Shown: positions 36,223-46,063, counted from the stretch's first letter. The stretch: DNA of 64,000 nt from Myxococcota bacterium (GCA_040386535.1 JAZKFH010000015.1:124700-188699); one strand, 5' to 3'. A program made the numbers and translations. The notes: generated from the sequence alone by a model not told the origin.

Positions 36223-38114
36223 AGGACGAGCTCGACTTCCCCGACACCCCCGAGCCGAGCGTCGTGTTCCGCGTCGCGACGATCGGCGCCGCCACCGGTG
36301 CGCTCGCGGGCGGCATCGAGGGCCTGGGCCTCGTGATGGGCGCCAAGATCGTGCTCGGCGCGGGCGCCGCCGCCGCGCTCGTCGCGACCACCGTGGCGCT
36401 CGACGCCGCGCTCGCCTTCGGGCTCGGCCTGGTCGCCGGCGTGATCGTGGCGGTGCCGGGCCGGCGCATCCTCCACTGGAAGCGGCTGCGCGCGGGCGCC
36501 GCGCTCACGGTGTTGTTCCTCGCGTTGTTCTTCCTCGCGCCGCTCGCGCGGGAGTTGTGGGTCCTCCAGGACCGCCGCGTGCCCGCGGCCGGCATGATCG
36601 CGCTCGCGGCCATCGTCGCGTCGACCTTCTGGTTCAACGCCGGCTACTGGCTGCGTCGCGAGAGCATCGGCGCCGGGCCGGTCATCGGGTGGCGGGTGTA
36701 CGCGCCGGCGCTCGGGCTCTTCTTCGCGGTCGTCGCCGCGGGGATCAGCGGGCCGCCGCCCGGCCCCACCCGGACGCCGTCCGAGGGCTCCCGCAGCGTG
36801 GTGCTCGTCACCATCGACACGCTGCGCCGCGACCATGTCGGCGCCTACGGAAGCGTCGCGAACACGCCCGTGCTCGACAAGCTCGCGCGGGAGGGCGTGC
36901 TCTTCGAGGACGCGATCACGCCCACGCCCGAAACGGCCCCCTCACACGCCTCGATGCTCACCGGGCGCCACCCGGTCGAGCACAAGGTCATCGCGAACGG
37001 CATCCCGCTCAGGAACGGGTACCTCACCGTCACCGAGCAGCTCGCCATCAGCGGCTACCGCACCGGCGCGTTCGTCTCGTCGTTCGCCGCCGGCAGCACG
37101 ACCGGCCTCGGCCAGGGCTTCCAGGTCTACGACGACGAGTTCTCGCCCGCCGTCCGCGGCATCGCCCGCGCCCGCGTCGCCCGCCTCGGGTTGCCGCTGC
37201 TGCTGCGCTTCGGCGACCCCGCGGCCTTCCCGTGGCTGCTGGAGCGCGCCGCGCCCACCACCATCACCAACGCGCTCGGCTGGGTCGGCGCCGGCGAGGG
37301 GCCGTTCTTCTTGTGGGTGCACCTGTTCGAGCCGCACGCGCCCTACGAGGCCCGCGGGGCCGCTGTTTCCGGTGGGGCGGGCGCTCCAGGGGGTGTCGAC
37401 CACCGCGCGATCCTCGCGCAGGAGCCCGGCTACGTCTACACGGCCGCCGAGGAGACCGCGCTGCGGGATCTCTACCGCCAGGAGGTCGAGTACACCGACA
37501 CCCAGGTCGGCGTGCTCCTCGAGGGGTTGAAGAGCACCGTCGGCCTCGAGAACGTGCTGGTCCTCGTGGTGGCCGACCACGGCGAGAGCCTGGGCGAGCA
37601 CGGCATCAAGTTCAACCACCACGGCCTGTACGACGAGGTGCTGCGTGTGCCGCTCATCGCGTGGGCCGGCCCGGTGCCCGGCCTGGAGCCGAACTTCCCG
37701 CCCGGCACGCGCGTGGCCCGCCAGGTCAACGTCGGCGATGTCGCCAACACCCTCCTCGAATTCTCCGGCGTCCCCCTCCTCTCCGGCACCAACTCCCTGC
37801 CGCTCCTCTCGCTCGCGCGCGGCGCCGACGTGCCCGCCACCCCCGTGCACCTGCTCGGCCGCTCCACGGGCTCCCTCCGCGCCGGCCAGCTCTACGGGGT
37901 CCGCGATCCGCGCGGCTTCAAGTTCATCGAGCGGGACGACGGCGCCGAGCTCTACGATCTGGGGCTCGATCCGGGCGAGCTCGTCGACATCTCCGCCGAT
38001 CAGCCCGCCGCGATCACCAGCGGCAAGGCGAACGCGGCGCAGCTCCGCGAGCAGGTGGGGGAGGTCGAGGCCTCCACCAGCGAGATGTTGAAGGCGCTCG
38101 GATACCAGGAGTGA
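36219..38114 (+). CDS. Membrane-anchored sulfatase-like hydrolase/transferase (paralogue)
   Basis: VTIDTLRRDH, ETAPSHASMLTG, VHLFEPHAPY, VADHGE, LKALGY tail; ATGA overlap. Confidence 0.88.
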   Translation: MKDELDFPDTPEPSVVFRVATIGAATGALAGGIEGLGLVMGAKIVLGAGAAAALVATTVALDAALAFGLGLVAGVIVAVPGRRILHWKRLRAGAALTVLFLALFFLAPLARELWVLQDRRVPAAGMIALAAIVASTFWFNAGYWLRRESIGAGPVIGWRVYAPALGLFFAVVAAGISGPPPGPTRTPSEGSRSVVLVTIDTLRRDHVGAYGSVANTPVLDKLAREGVLFEDAITPTPETAPSHASMLTGRHPVEHKVIANGIPLRNGYLTVTEQLAISGYRTGAFVSSFAAGSTTGLGQGFQVYDDEFSPAVRGIARARVARLGLPLLLRFGDPAAFPWLLERAAPTTITNALGWVGAGEGPFFLWVHLFEPHAPYEARGAAVSGGAGAPGGVDHRAILAQEPGYVYTAAEETALRDLYRQEVEYTDTQVGVLLEGLKSTVGLENVLVLVVADHGESLGEHGIKFNHHGLYDEVLRVPLIAWAGPVPGLEPNFPPGTRVARQVNVGDVANTLLEFSGVPLLSGTNSLPLLSLARGADVPATPVHLLGRSTGSLRAGQLYGVRDPRGFKFIERDDGAELYDLGLDPGELVDISADQPAAITSGKANAAQLREQVGEVEASTSEMLKALGYQE

Positions 38115-40858
38115 GCTCCGGATCACCCTGGTCGACCCGCCGCCCGGCCCTCGTCGCCCTCGCCCTCTTCGTCGTGTTCGCGATCCTGTTCGCGCCCGAC
38201 GCGGCCACGGGCAGCGGCGTGTTCTGGCACCACGACTTCCGCCACCACCACTACCCGTGGCGTGCCTGGGCCGCGGGCGTGTGGGCCAGCGGGGAGGTGC
38301 CGTGGTGGGCCGCCGGCGCCGGCAACGGCTTCCCGCTGCTCGCGGAAGGGGAGGGGGGCTTCCTCTACCCGCCCACCATGCTGCTGTTCGTGCTCCTACC
38401 CGACGCGCTCGCGCTGAACTGGAGCGTGCTCGGCCACCAGGTGCTCGCGGCCATGGGCGTCTGGGCGTTCCTGCGGGCGCGCGGGCTGCGCGGCGCCGCG
38501 CCGCTCGTCGGCGGCCTCGCCTACGCCTGGTCGGGGTTCCTCGTCTCGCACACGCTCTACCTGGGCATGCAGAACGCGGCGGCCTGGGTCGGGTGGGCGC
38601 TCCTCGGCGCCACCCCGCGCGCGGATGGGCGGGGGCGCTGGTGGCTCGTGGCCCTCTCCATCGGGATGATGGGGCTCGCCGGCCACCCGCAGATCGCCGC
38701 GTTCGTGGGGCTCGGCCTCGCCGTCCACGCGCTCGCGACCCTGCGCGGCCGCGCGCTCCTCGCCTGGGGCGCCGCGGCCGGTCTCGGCGGCGTCATCGCG
38801 GCGCCGCAGCTGCTCGCCACGCTCGAGCTCGTGCGGTTCTCCGGTCGCGACGGGGGCGTCGCGGCGGCGTTCGCACGCATCGGTGCCATGCCGGTCCAGG
38901 AGCTCGTCGGCGCCGTGCTCCCGTACGCGTTCGGGTTCGACCGCCCCGCCGACATCGACCAGACCTACTACCACCGCGGCACCGGGTACTGGGGCGGGGG
39001 GGTGAACCACTGGGAGATGTGTTTCTACCTCGGGATCCCCGTGGTGTGCCTCGCGCTCGCGGGCGCCCGGCGCTCCAAGGGGTGGGTCGTGGCCGGTATC
39101 GTCGCGACCGTGCTGATGCTCGGAGGCCCCGCCTGGGACCTCGTGCGCCTCCTCCCCGGCTTCGACGGCTTCCGCTTCCCCGCCCGCTTCGCGCTCCTGT
39201 TGACGCTCGTGGCGGCCGTCCTCGCCGCCCACGGGGTCGAGCGGCTCCGCACCGCGCGCCGGCCCGCGATCGTCGTGACCCGCCTGCGCATGGCGGCCGC
39301 GGCGTTCCCGCTCCTCACGGGCCTCGCCTACGCCGGCCTCCATACGTTCGAGGCCCCCATCCTGGGCATCGGCGAGGGCTTCTTCCTCGCCCAGACCCGG
39401 TTGCCGCCGCCGCCCGAGGGCTTCGATCCCGGTCCGCTCGCCCGCGCCGCGCTCCCGGCCCCCGAGCTCGAAGACGCCGCCCAGGTGCCCAACAAGGTCC
39501 GCCGCATCCTCACGGATCTGCGCGCCAGCACGGCGCCCACGTCGCCGCGCGTGTGGATCCCCGTCCTGCTGCTGCTCGCCGCGTCGTTCGCCGTGCGGCG
39601 CCCGTGGCTCTGGGGCGCGCTCGTCGCTTTCGAGCTCTGGCGCTTCGGCCACGACTACCACCCGCGCGTGCCCGCCGCCGAGGTCGAGGTGCGCCCCGCC
39701 TGGCTCGGCGAGGGCATGACCGAGCCCGGCGGCCCCCGCCTCACCGTGCTCGATCGTCGGGTCGCGCCCGCGCTCGACACCGCGCTCGGCACCGCCAGCC
39801 TCGGCCTGCTCTGGGGCACGAGCGACGTAGTCCTGCCCAGCCCGCTCCTCCTCGTCCGCAACGAAGCGATGCTCGCCCTCGCGGGCCTCGACGTAGGCGA
39901 TCGCGGCCCCGTCAAGGTGCGCCGTTACCTCGCGAACATCGGCATCGCCCGGCGGCTCGGAGTGCGCTGGATCGCCACCACCCACGAGCTCCCCGGCCTC
40001 ACCCAGCTCGTGCGCGGCCCCGTCAACGTGTACCTCGACCCCGGCGCGCTCCCCCGGGTCCGCGTCGTGACCTGTGCGCGCTCGTCCGCCTCCGTCGACG
40101 ACGCCTTCACCCGCGTCGCCACCACCGATCCCCTCGACGAGGTCGTGGTCGAGGGCGTCGGCGAGGACCGCGGGTGTGCGGCCCGCCCGGTCGCGTCGGA
40201 CGAGGGGTCTCCTGGGGGCGGGGCGCCGCCCCGCAACGAGCCTGTGAAGCAATCCCCCCTTGGGGAGTCTGGGGAGAAACCGGAGAGCCCGACGGGGGCG
40301 GCTTCCGGCGCGGTGCGGCCCGGGTGGCCCGGTGGGGCCCCCTTGGGGGGGACCGGGACGGGTCCCGGGACGCGGTTCTCTGCGCCGGGAGCCGTGCCCG
40401 GCGGGACGGGGGGATTGCTTCACAGGCTCAACGCCCCGCCGGTGGGTGCGGGGCACCCCCCGGACCCCCCCCAGCCCGGGATCGATGTGACGCGCGGGGC
40501 CGGGGAAGGCACCGACACCGAGACCCGTGGCGCGGCGATGGCGACGCCCGGCGCGAGCCTCCCCCCGCCCGCCACGGTGGTCGCCTACGCCGATCGCGAG
40601 GTCACCGTGCGTGCCTCCGGCCCCGGCACCCTCGTGCTCGCGGACACGTGGTATCCGCGCTGGACCGCCACCGTGGACGGCGTCGCGACCGAGATCCTGC
40701 GCGCCGACGTGACTGTCCGCGCCGTGCCGCTGTCCGAGGGGGAGCACACAGTCGTGTTCCGGTTCGATCCGGGCGTGCCGGGGGTGGCGTTGTGGCTCGC
40801 GGTCGGGGTGTTGGCGGGGGTGGTGGCGGTGGGGGTGCGCGAGGGGCGGCGGGCGTGA
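38111..40858 (+). CDS. YfhO-family (GT-C-like) membrane protein carrying an in-frame MITE/repeat insert
   Basis: GTGA overlap start; GEVPWW..G.GFPLLA...FLYPP, AGHPQ, FRFPARF; C-terminal LVLADTWYPRWTATVDG...GEHTVVFRF. Confidence 0.82.
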   Translation: MSSGSPWSTRRPALVALALFVVFAILFAPDAATGSGVFWHHDFRHHHYPWRAWAAGVWASGEVPWWAAGAGNGFPLLAEGEGGFLYPPTMLLFVLLPDALALNWSVLGHQVLAAMGVWAFLRARGLRGAAPLVGGLAYAWSGFLVSHTLYLGMQNAAAWVGWALLGATPRADGRGRWWLVALSIGMMGLAGHPQIAAFVGLGLAVHALATLRGRALLAWGAAAGLGGVIAAPQLLATLELVRFSGRDGGVAAAFARIGAMPVQELVGAVLPYAFGFDRPADIDQTYYHRGTGYWGGGVNHWEMCFYLGIPVVCLALAGARRSKGWVVAGIVATVLMLGGPAWDLVRLLPGFDGFRFPARFALLLTLVAAVLAAHGVERLRTARRPAIVVTRLRMAAAAFPLLTGLAYAGLHTFEAPILGIGEGFFLAQTRLPPPPEGFDPGPLARAALPAPELEDAAQVPNKVRRILTDLRASTAPTSPRVWIPVLLLLAASFAVRRPWLWGALVAFELWRFGHDYHPRVPAAEVEVRPAWLGEGMTEPGGPRLTVLDRRVAPALDTALGTASLGLLWGTSDVVLPSPLLLVRNEAMLALAGLDVGDRGPVKVRRYLANIGIARRLGVRWIATTHELPGLTQLVRGPVNVYLDPGALPRVRVVTCARSSASVDDAFTRVATTDPLDEVVVEGVGEDRGCAARPVASDEGSPGGGAPPRNEPVKQSPLGESGEKPESPTGAASGAVRPGWPGGAPLGGTGTGPGTRFSAPGAVPGGTGGLLHRLNAPPVGAGHPPDPPQPGIDVTRGAGEGTDTETRGAAMATPGASLPPPATVVAYADREVTVRASGPGTLVLADTWYPRWTATVDGVATEILRADVTVRAVPLSEGEHTVVFRFDPGVPGVALWLAVGVLAGVVAVGVREGRRA
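40211..40440 (+). repeat. GC hairpin repeat copy B, split by the MITE
   Basis: CCTGGGGGCGGGGCGCCGCCCCGCAAC [MITE + AAC] GCCCCGCC; removing the MITE restores a near match to copy A. Confidence 0.75.
40238..40429. mobile_element. 192-bp non-autonomous MITE
   Basis: Perfect 22-bp TIRs GAGCCTGTGAAGCAATCCCCCC (40238-40259) and GGGGGGATTGCTTCACAGGCTC (40408-40429); AAC direct repeat at 40235-40237 and 40430-40432; no transposase. Confidence 0.88.
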
Positions 40859-41934
40859 TGGGGCCGGAGCGGTGGGCGCGGGTCCTCGTGGCCGCGGTTC
40901 CCGGGCTCGCCGGCGTGTGCATGGGGACCCTGTTCGTGGCGGGCCTCGGCGCCGAGGTCGAAGGCCCGCCCGTCGCCCGCTGGCTCATCCGGGGATCTTC
41001 GGGGTGTCTGTTCGGCGGCGCCGCGGCGTGGTTGCTCGCCCTCGCCGTCGAGACGCTCCGCGGCCGACGTCCCGCCAACGTTCCCGCGGCGCTGCTGGCC
41101 CGCTGCGTCGGGTGTGGCCTCCCAGACCCCGTGCCCGGCACGCCTCCCGCGCGCTGCCCGCTCTGCGGCCAGCCGTCGGACGCGCGCGCGGCCGGGTGGG
41201 CCTGCACCCGCGAGCCACTCGGCGAGTTGTTCGTCGTCCCCATCGGGCTGGGCGTCCTCGGTTTCGGCGTATTCATCACCATCGGCCCCCTCCTGGAGGG
41301 CCACGCCGGCATCCCGCTGATCGTCGTGTGCCTCGCCGTGGGCCTCCTCATCGCGGGCGTCGGCGCGGCCGTGACGTACGGGGGGCTCGCCCTCATCCTC
41401 GAACGGGTCCGGGCCCGTGGCGCGTGGCGCTACGAGGACGAGCTGGACACGGCTGCGGAGACGACGAACGTGTGCGTGGACGCGGAGGCCACCGGGGCGG
41501 GCCTGCGCATCCGGGGTGGCCTGGATCGGCACGACGACCTCCCGATGGACCGTGTCACGGCGCCGCTCCCCACGCTCTCGGAGCCCGAGCGCGCCTTCGT
41601 CACCGCGGTGGCAACCCTCCACCGGGCCGGCCACGTCGACCTCACGCGGCTGCGGGTCATCGAATGGCAACTGGAGCCGGTGGCCGGCGGCGCGCCGACG
41701 TACACGCGGGTCGACCGCACCTCCATCGAGGCCGGCCTCCTCGGCAAGCTCGCCGACGTCGACCATCCCCTGGCGCCGGTCCTCTTCCGCGCGCGCTCCC
41801 TCGCGGCGATCTGGGCCGTGGTGCGCGAGGATCCGGCGCTGATCGGGCAGCTCGCGCCGGCCGCGGACGTGGACGAGGCGGATCCCGTCATCCAGGCGTT
41901 GGCGCAGGAGCTGGCAGGGCAAGCGGTGCACTGA
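40858..41934 (+). CDS. Hypothetical membrane protein with a CxxC...CxxC zinc-ribbon-like motif
   Basis: TGATG coupling; four TM helices; CVGC...CPLC. Confidence 0.65.
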   Translation: MGPERWARVLVAAVPGLAGVCMGTLFVAGLGAEVEGPPVARWLIRGSSGCLFGGAAAWLLALAVETLRGRRPANVPAALLARCVGCGLPDPVPGTPPARCPLCGQPSDARAAGWACTREPLGELFVVPIGLGVLGFGVFITIGPLLEGHAGIPLIVVCLAVGLLIAGVGAAVTYGGLALILERVRARGAWRYEDELDTAAETTNVCVDAEATGAGLRIRGGLDRHDDLPMDRVTAPLPTLSEPERAFVTAVATLHRAGHVDLTRLRVIEWQLEPVAGGAPTYTRVDRTSIEAGLLGKLADVDHPLAPVLFRARSLAAIWAVVREDPALIGQLAPAADVDEADPVIQALAQELAGQAVH

Positions 41935-41974
41935 CCGCGCCCGACCGGCACCCTCCCCGGGTTACACCGCCGCC

Positions 41975-43159
41975 GTGGAACGTTTCACCGTCTCCGAGCT
42001 CACCGGCGAGATCTCTGCCCTCCTCGGCGGCAGCTTCGACGACATCGAGGTCGAGGGGGAGATCAGCGGCTTCAAGGCCCACGGCTCCGGCCACTGGTAC
42101 TTCTGCCTCAAGGATGGCGACGCCGTGCTCAACGCGGCGATGTTCCGCAACGCGAACGTGCGCGTGCGCCGCCCGCCTCGCGACGGGGACCGCGTCATCG
42201 CGCGCGGCTCGATCGACGTGTACCCGCCGCGCGGCAGCTACTCGCTGGTCGTGCGCGCGATGCAGGCCGCGGGCGAGGGGGATCTCGCGCGCAAGCTCGA
42301 GGAGCTCCGCGCGCGCCTCGCGGCCGAGGGCCTGTTCGACGCCGCGCGCAAGCGGGGAATTCCGCGGGTGCCGCGCGCGATCGGCCTCGCCACGAGCCCC
42401 TCGGGCGCCGCGCTCCACGACATCGTGCGCGTCGTCCGCCAGCGGTTTCCGGCGATGCCGATCTTCCTCGCGCCGTGCCGCGTGCAGGGGGAGGGCGCCG
42501 GGCTCGACATCGCCCGCGCCATCGGCCTGTTGAACCAACACGGCCGCAGCGACGTGATCATCGTCGGGCGCGGCGGCGGCTCGGCTGAGGACCTCTTCTG
42601 CTTCAACGAGGAGGCCGTGGTGCGCGCCGTCGTCGCGAGCCGCATCCCCGTCGTCTCCGCGGTGGGCCACGAGGTCGACGTGTCGCTGGCCGACCTCGCC
42701 GCCGACGTGCGCGCCGCCACCCCGTCCCACGCCGCCGAGCTCGTGACCCCCGTGCGCGACGAGCTCGCCGCGCTGATCGACAGCCTCTCCCATCGCCTTC
42801 GCCTCGCGATGAAGCGCCGCGTGGCCCACCAGCGCGACCGGGTGTCCCGCGTCCGCCTCCTCCACCCGCGCCAGCGCGTCGAGCGCGGCCGCATGCGCCT
42901 CGACGAGCTGGACGAACGCCTGCGCGAGGCGGCGCTCCGCGGACTCTTGCTCCGGCGGGCCCGGCTCGCCTCGGCCGCCCGACATCTCGAGGTGCTCTCG
43001 CCGCTGTCGGTGCTGGTGCGCGGCTACGCCATCGTCACGCACAAGGGTGTCGCGGTCACCGACGCGGCCGAGCTGATCCCAGGCGCGCGCATCGACGTGC
43101 GGCTCGCGCGGGGCGCGGTCGAGGCCGAAGTCGTGCGGGTGGTCCCCGAGGGGACCTGA
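41975..43159 (+). CDS. xseA: Exodeoxyribonuclease VII large subunit
   Basis: VEGEISGF...SGHWYF.LKD, TSPSGAALHDI, GRGGGSAEDL..FNEE, SAVGHEVD, RAATPS, VLVRGYA. Confidence 0.97.
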   Translation: MERFTVSELTGEISALLGGSFDDIEVEGEISGFKAHGSGHWYFCLKDGDAVLNAAMFRNANVRVRRPPRDGDRVIARGSIDVYPPRGSYSLVVRAMQAAGEGDLARKLEELRARLAAEGLFDAARKRGIPRVPRAIGLATSPSGAALHDIVRVVRQRFPAMPIFLAPCRVQGEGAGLDIARAIGLLNQHGRSDVIIVGRGGGSAEDLFCFNEEAVVRAVVASRIPVVSAVGHEVDVSLADLAADVRAATPSHAAELVTPVRDELAALIDSLSHRLRLAMKRRVAHQRDRVSRVRLLHPRQRVERGRMRLDELDERLREAALRGLLLRRARLASAARHLEVLSPLSVLVRGYAIVTHKGVAVTDAAELIPGARIDVRLARGAVEAEVVRVVPEGT

Positions 43160-43168
43160 CCGCCGCGC

Positions 43169-43618
43169 CTACTCCGGCTCGACCGTCACCACCGTCTTGA
43201 CCGACTGCGCGATGAAACAGTTCTCGTGCGACTTGTGGTGCAGCTCGGCGAGCGCCGCCGCGTCTACGTTCACGCCGTCCGCGAAGCGCACCTTGGGCCG
43301 GAGGATGACGCGGGTCACCGCGAGGCGGCCCTCGGCGTTCTTCTCCAGAAAACCCTCCGCGGCGTCGTCGTAGCGATCGACCACGAGCCGCTTGCGCGCG
43401 GCGATGGCGAGGAACGTGAGCATGTGGCAGCTCGACAACGCGCCGACCAGGCTCTCCTCGGGGTTCATCTTCGTGGGGTCACCCTTGAACTCGACCGCGC
43501 CCGACGCGGGCACCGTGACGCCCGACCCGTACACGATCGTGTGCGAACGGTCGTAGGTGTCGTAGGCGAAGTCGGGGGTGGTGCGGGACCAGGTGAGCGT
43601 GGCTTCGTGGGTGGACAT
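43169..43618 (-). CDS. OsmC family protein
   Basis: NPEESLVGALSSCHML and HENCFIAQSV (two conserved Cys). Confidence 0.92.
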   Translation of the reverse strand: MSTHEATLTWSRTTPDFAYDTYDRSHTIVYGSGVTVPASGAVEFKGDPTKMNPEESLVGALSSCHMLTFLAIAARKRLVVDRYDDAAEGFLEKNAEGRLAVTRVILRPKVRFADGVNVDAAALAELHHKSHENCFIAQSVKTVVTVEPE

Positions 43619-43646
43619 GCGGGGCTCCAGGGTCGGAAGGCCGGGG

Positions 43647-44513
43647 TCAGAAGAACAGGTCGTCCGCGTCGCGGGGCTCGAGCTTCCAGCTGTCGAACGA
43701 GTAGCGGACCAGGCCGCTGGCCGAGCGGAAACGCGTGCCGTTGGTGTAGTACGCGTCGTAGTCGTACAGAAAATCGTCCATCAGGATCGGCCAGCTGGTC
43801 GTGCACTCGCCGGCGCTGTCGGCCGTCGAGGTGAGCGAGAGGTTGCTGAGCCGCACCAGCACGCCCTCGTAGGGCTCCCAGTCGGGCGGCGACGCGGCGA
43901 GCTCGATGAACGACGGCGCCGCGCTGCCGGTGACCATGATGTCGGCGGCGCGGGCCACCTCCAGCTCGGTCTCCTCGTAGTACTCGGTGATCGTGCCGGT
44001 CACGGTCACGACGTCCCCCTCGCTCACGGGGGCCACCCACGTGTCGGTGTAGACGCGGACCCCGCTCCAGAGCCCGCCGCCCACGTCCTGCACGAAGAAG
44101 GAGTCGCCGTCCACCGAGGGCCCGCCGGTCACGATCACGCCGCGCAGCGTCACGACCCCGGCGGCGAGGCCCTTCTGGAGCTCCTCCACCGTGACGTCCG
44201 TGTCGGCATCGGTGTCCGAGTCGGTGTCCGAGTCCGTGTCTGAGTCCGTGTCCGAGTCGGTGTCAGAATCCGTGTCGGTGTCGGTATCGCTGTCCGAATC
44301 CGCGTCGGTGTCCGCGTCGGTATCGCTGTCCGAGTCCGCGTCCGAATCGGCGTCCGAGTCCGCGTCGGTGTCCGCGTCAGCCTCGACCTCGAGCGGCATG
44401 CACTCGTCGCCGACCAGCTCCTCGTCGTCGGTGCAGGTGGGGGCGGTCATGCAGGCGAGCGAGGAGGCGAGGGTGCCGACGAACAGGAAGGTGAGGGGAG
44501 AACGAGCGCGCAT
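43647..44513 (-). CDS. Lipoprotein with Asp-(Thr/Ser/Ala) repeat stalk and YhcR/ExeM-type OB-fold-like domain
   Basis: Lipobox SLAC; (D-x)n tract; FFVQD..G..SGVRVY...[25 protein letters not shown]. Confidence 0.75.
   Translation of the reverse strand: MRARSPLTFLFVGTLASSLACMTAPTCTDDEELVGDECMPLEVEADADTDADSDADSDADSDSDTDADTDADSDSDTDTDTDSDTDSDTDSDTDSDTDSDTDADTDVTVEELQKGLAAGVVTLRGVIVTGGPSVDGDSFFVQDVGGGLWSGVRVYTDTWVAPVSEGDVVTVTGTITEYYEETELEVARAADIMVTGSAAPSFIELAASPPDWEPYEGVLVRLSNLSLTSTADSAGECTTSWPILMDDFLYDYDAYYTNGTRFRSASGLVRYSFDSWKLEPRDADDLFF
44191..44380 (-). repeat. Coding dipeptide tandem repeat (D-T/S/A)n
   Basis: Degenerate 6-bp repeat encoding [21 protein letters not shown]..., about 60 residues. 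Confidence 0.85.
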
Positions 44514-44561
44514 GGCAGGATCCCGGCTGGCGCCTCCATACCCTGGGCAGGGCCCAACGAC

Positions 44562-45590
44562 TCAGCCTCCGCGCAGGATCCGCCACGCCGCGTTGATGTC
44601 GGCCACGCGTCGTGTCGCCTCGGCCACGGCGGCCTCGCCCTGCGCACGGTCGGGGTGCCATGTCTGGACCAGCGCCCTCCAGGCCGTCCGCACCTCCTCC
44701 GGGGTCGCGTCGTCCTCGACGCCGAGCAGCACGCGGGCGTCGGCGCGGGCGTCCTCGTCGGCGTCGGCATCGAGCTCGCCCCACAGCTCCCCGATGCCGG
44801 TCGCGTCGATGCCCAGCGCATCTCCGAGCTGGGCCACCCACCCCTGCGCGGGCGCGCCGGGCCACACGTCACGCGTGCCGCGCATCACCCACAGCACGAC
44901 GTCGTCGACATCGTCGCCCTCGACGTGCCGGAGCAGGCGCTTGGCCACCTTCTCGGGCGCGAGGCGCTCCAGGTCCGCGTCCCGCAGCTCGCGCAACCAG
45001 CGCCGCAGCCAGTCCAGCCCGTCGGCGTCGAGCGGGTACGCGGCGGTGAAGCTCTCGCGAATGAACCGCACGTCCTCTCGCGTGAGAGTTCGCCCGCCCG
45101 CCCGCGCGGCCCCGACGAGCGCCATGACCACCCGCGCCGGGCCGCTCGATCCGAGGCGCCGGAAGGGGGAGGGGAGCTCCACGTCGAAGTCGGCCACGTC
45201 CGCGCGCGAGCGGACCGACTCGATGCGCACCCGCACGGCGCCCTCGAACCCCGCGTAGGGGATCAGGCACTCGGGCAGCTCGCACACCTCGTCGTCGGTG
45301 TCGGGAACCACGGTGGCAGATGAGCGGTGCCGCCCCGCGTCCACCCACACCGACACGTCGCGGCCCAGGTGCCGCCGGGCGCGCCACACCGGGGTCACCC
45401 GGACGCCGGGGCCCGACGGCCCGAACGCGTGGTGCCGCCAGCGGAGCCGGTGCACGACCAGCTCGCTGCCCTTCGCCGCGCCCTCGCCATCCGCGAGGTA
45501 GTGCCCGATCGCGGCGCCCACGCCGACGCCGAGCGGCCCGCCCATCATGCCGCCGAGCACGCCACCGAGCACCTTTCCGGTCCACGCCAT
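44562..45590 (-). CDS. DjlA-like co-chaperone (Gly-zipper TM, TerB-like region, J domain)
   Basis: MAWTGKVLGGVLGGMMGGPLG...AIGH; C-terminal LLGV...AWRALVQTWHPD...INAAW. Confidence 0.8.
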   Translation of the reverse strand: MAWTGKVLGGVLGGMMGGPLGVGVGAAIGHYLADGEGAAKGSELVVHRLRWRHHAFGPSGPGVRVTPVWRARRHLGRDVSVWVDAGRHRSSATVVPDTDDEVCELPECLIPYAGFEGAVRVRIESVRSRADVADFDVELPSPFRRLGSSGPARVVMALVGAARAGGRTLTREDVRFIRESFTAAYPLDADGLDWLRRWLRELRDADLERLAPEKVAKRLLRHVEGDDVDDVVLWVMRGTRDVWPGAPAQGWVAQLGDALGIDATGIGELWGELDADADEDARADARVLLGVEDDATPEEVRTAWRALVQTWHPDRAQGEAAVAEATRRVADINAAWRILRGG

Positions 45591-46039
45591 CAGCCCGCTC
45601 CGGTCCAGCCCGGCGCGGTCCATTCGGCGCTGCCGTTCGGCGTCTCCCACAGGCGGATCCGCACGACCTGCACGCCCGTGTCCCCCAGGAGGCGTTGCGC
45701 CACCGCCGCGAGCTCGGCCGCGAGCGTCTCCGCGGTGGGCGGCAGGTCCATCCAGTAGACCGGGCGCCCGTGCGCGGCGTTGGACGTGGCGAGCACGGCG
45801 ATCGCCGGGTCCGTGTCGCTCCGCATCAGGATCGCGGTATGGTCCCAGTTCGTGTCGATCCAGGCGCCCACGCGCTCCTTGACCACGCCGAAGTCGATCA
45901 CGCGCCCGCGATCGTCCAGCTCCGCGAGGCAGGTGATCTCGGCCGCGTAGCGGTGCCCGTGGAACGCGGCGCACTTGCTCTCGTGCCTCGGGATGCGGTG
46001 CATCGCGTCCCATTCGAGTCGTCGGGTGCAGGTGAGCAG
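45590..46039 (-). CDS. queD: 6-carboxytetrahydropterin synthase (QueD/PTPS family); start codon uncertain
   Basis: DAMHR, CAAFHGHRY, VIDFG..K, WDH, PTAETLA, RLWETP; the best start appears to be CTG at 46039. Confidence 0.85.
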   Translation of the reverse strand: MLTCTRRLEWDAMHRIPRHESKCAAFHGHRYAAEITCLAELDDRGRVIDFGVVKERVGAWIDTNWDHTAILMRSDTDPAIAVLATSNAAHGRPVYWMDLPPTAETLAAELAAVAQRLLGDTGVQVVRIRLWETPNGSAEWTAPGWTGAG

Positions 46040-46063
46040 GTTGCCATCCTTGGCAAGTAGAGG

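Noticed and set aside
37365..37400. Gly-rich stretch in the second sulfatase-like gene as a fifth repeat copy
   Set aside because: It lacks the GCAACGCCC tail and a matching stem.
36206..41934. Very long ORFs of 1550 aa and 1225 aa in the track
   Set aside because: Their 5' parts are Arg/Pro-rich off-frame shadows of upstream genes; coupled starts at 38111 and 40858 explain the real genes.
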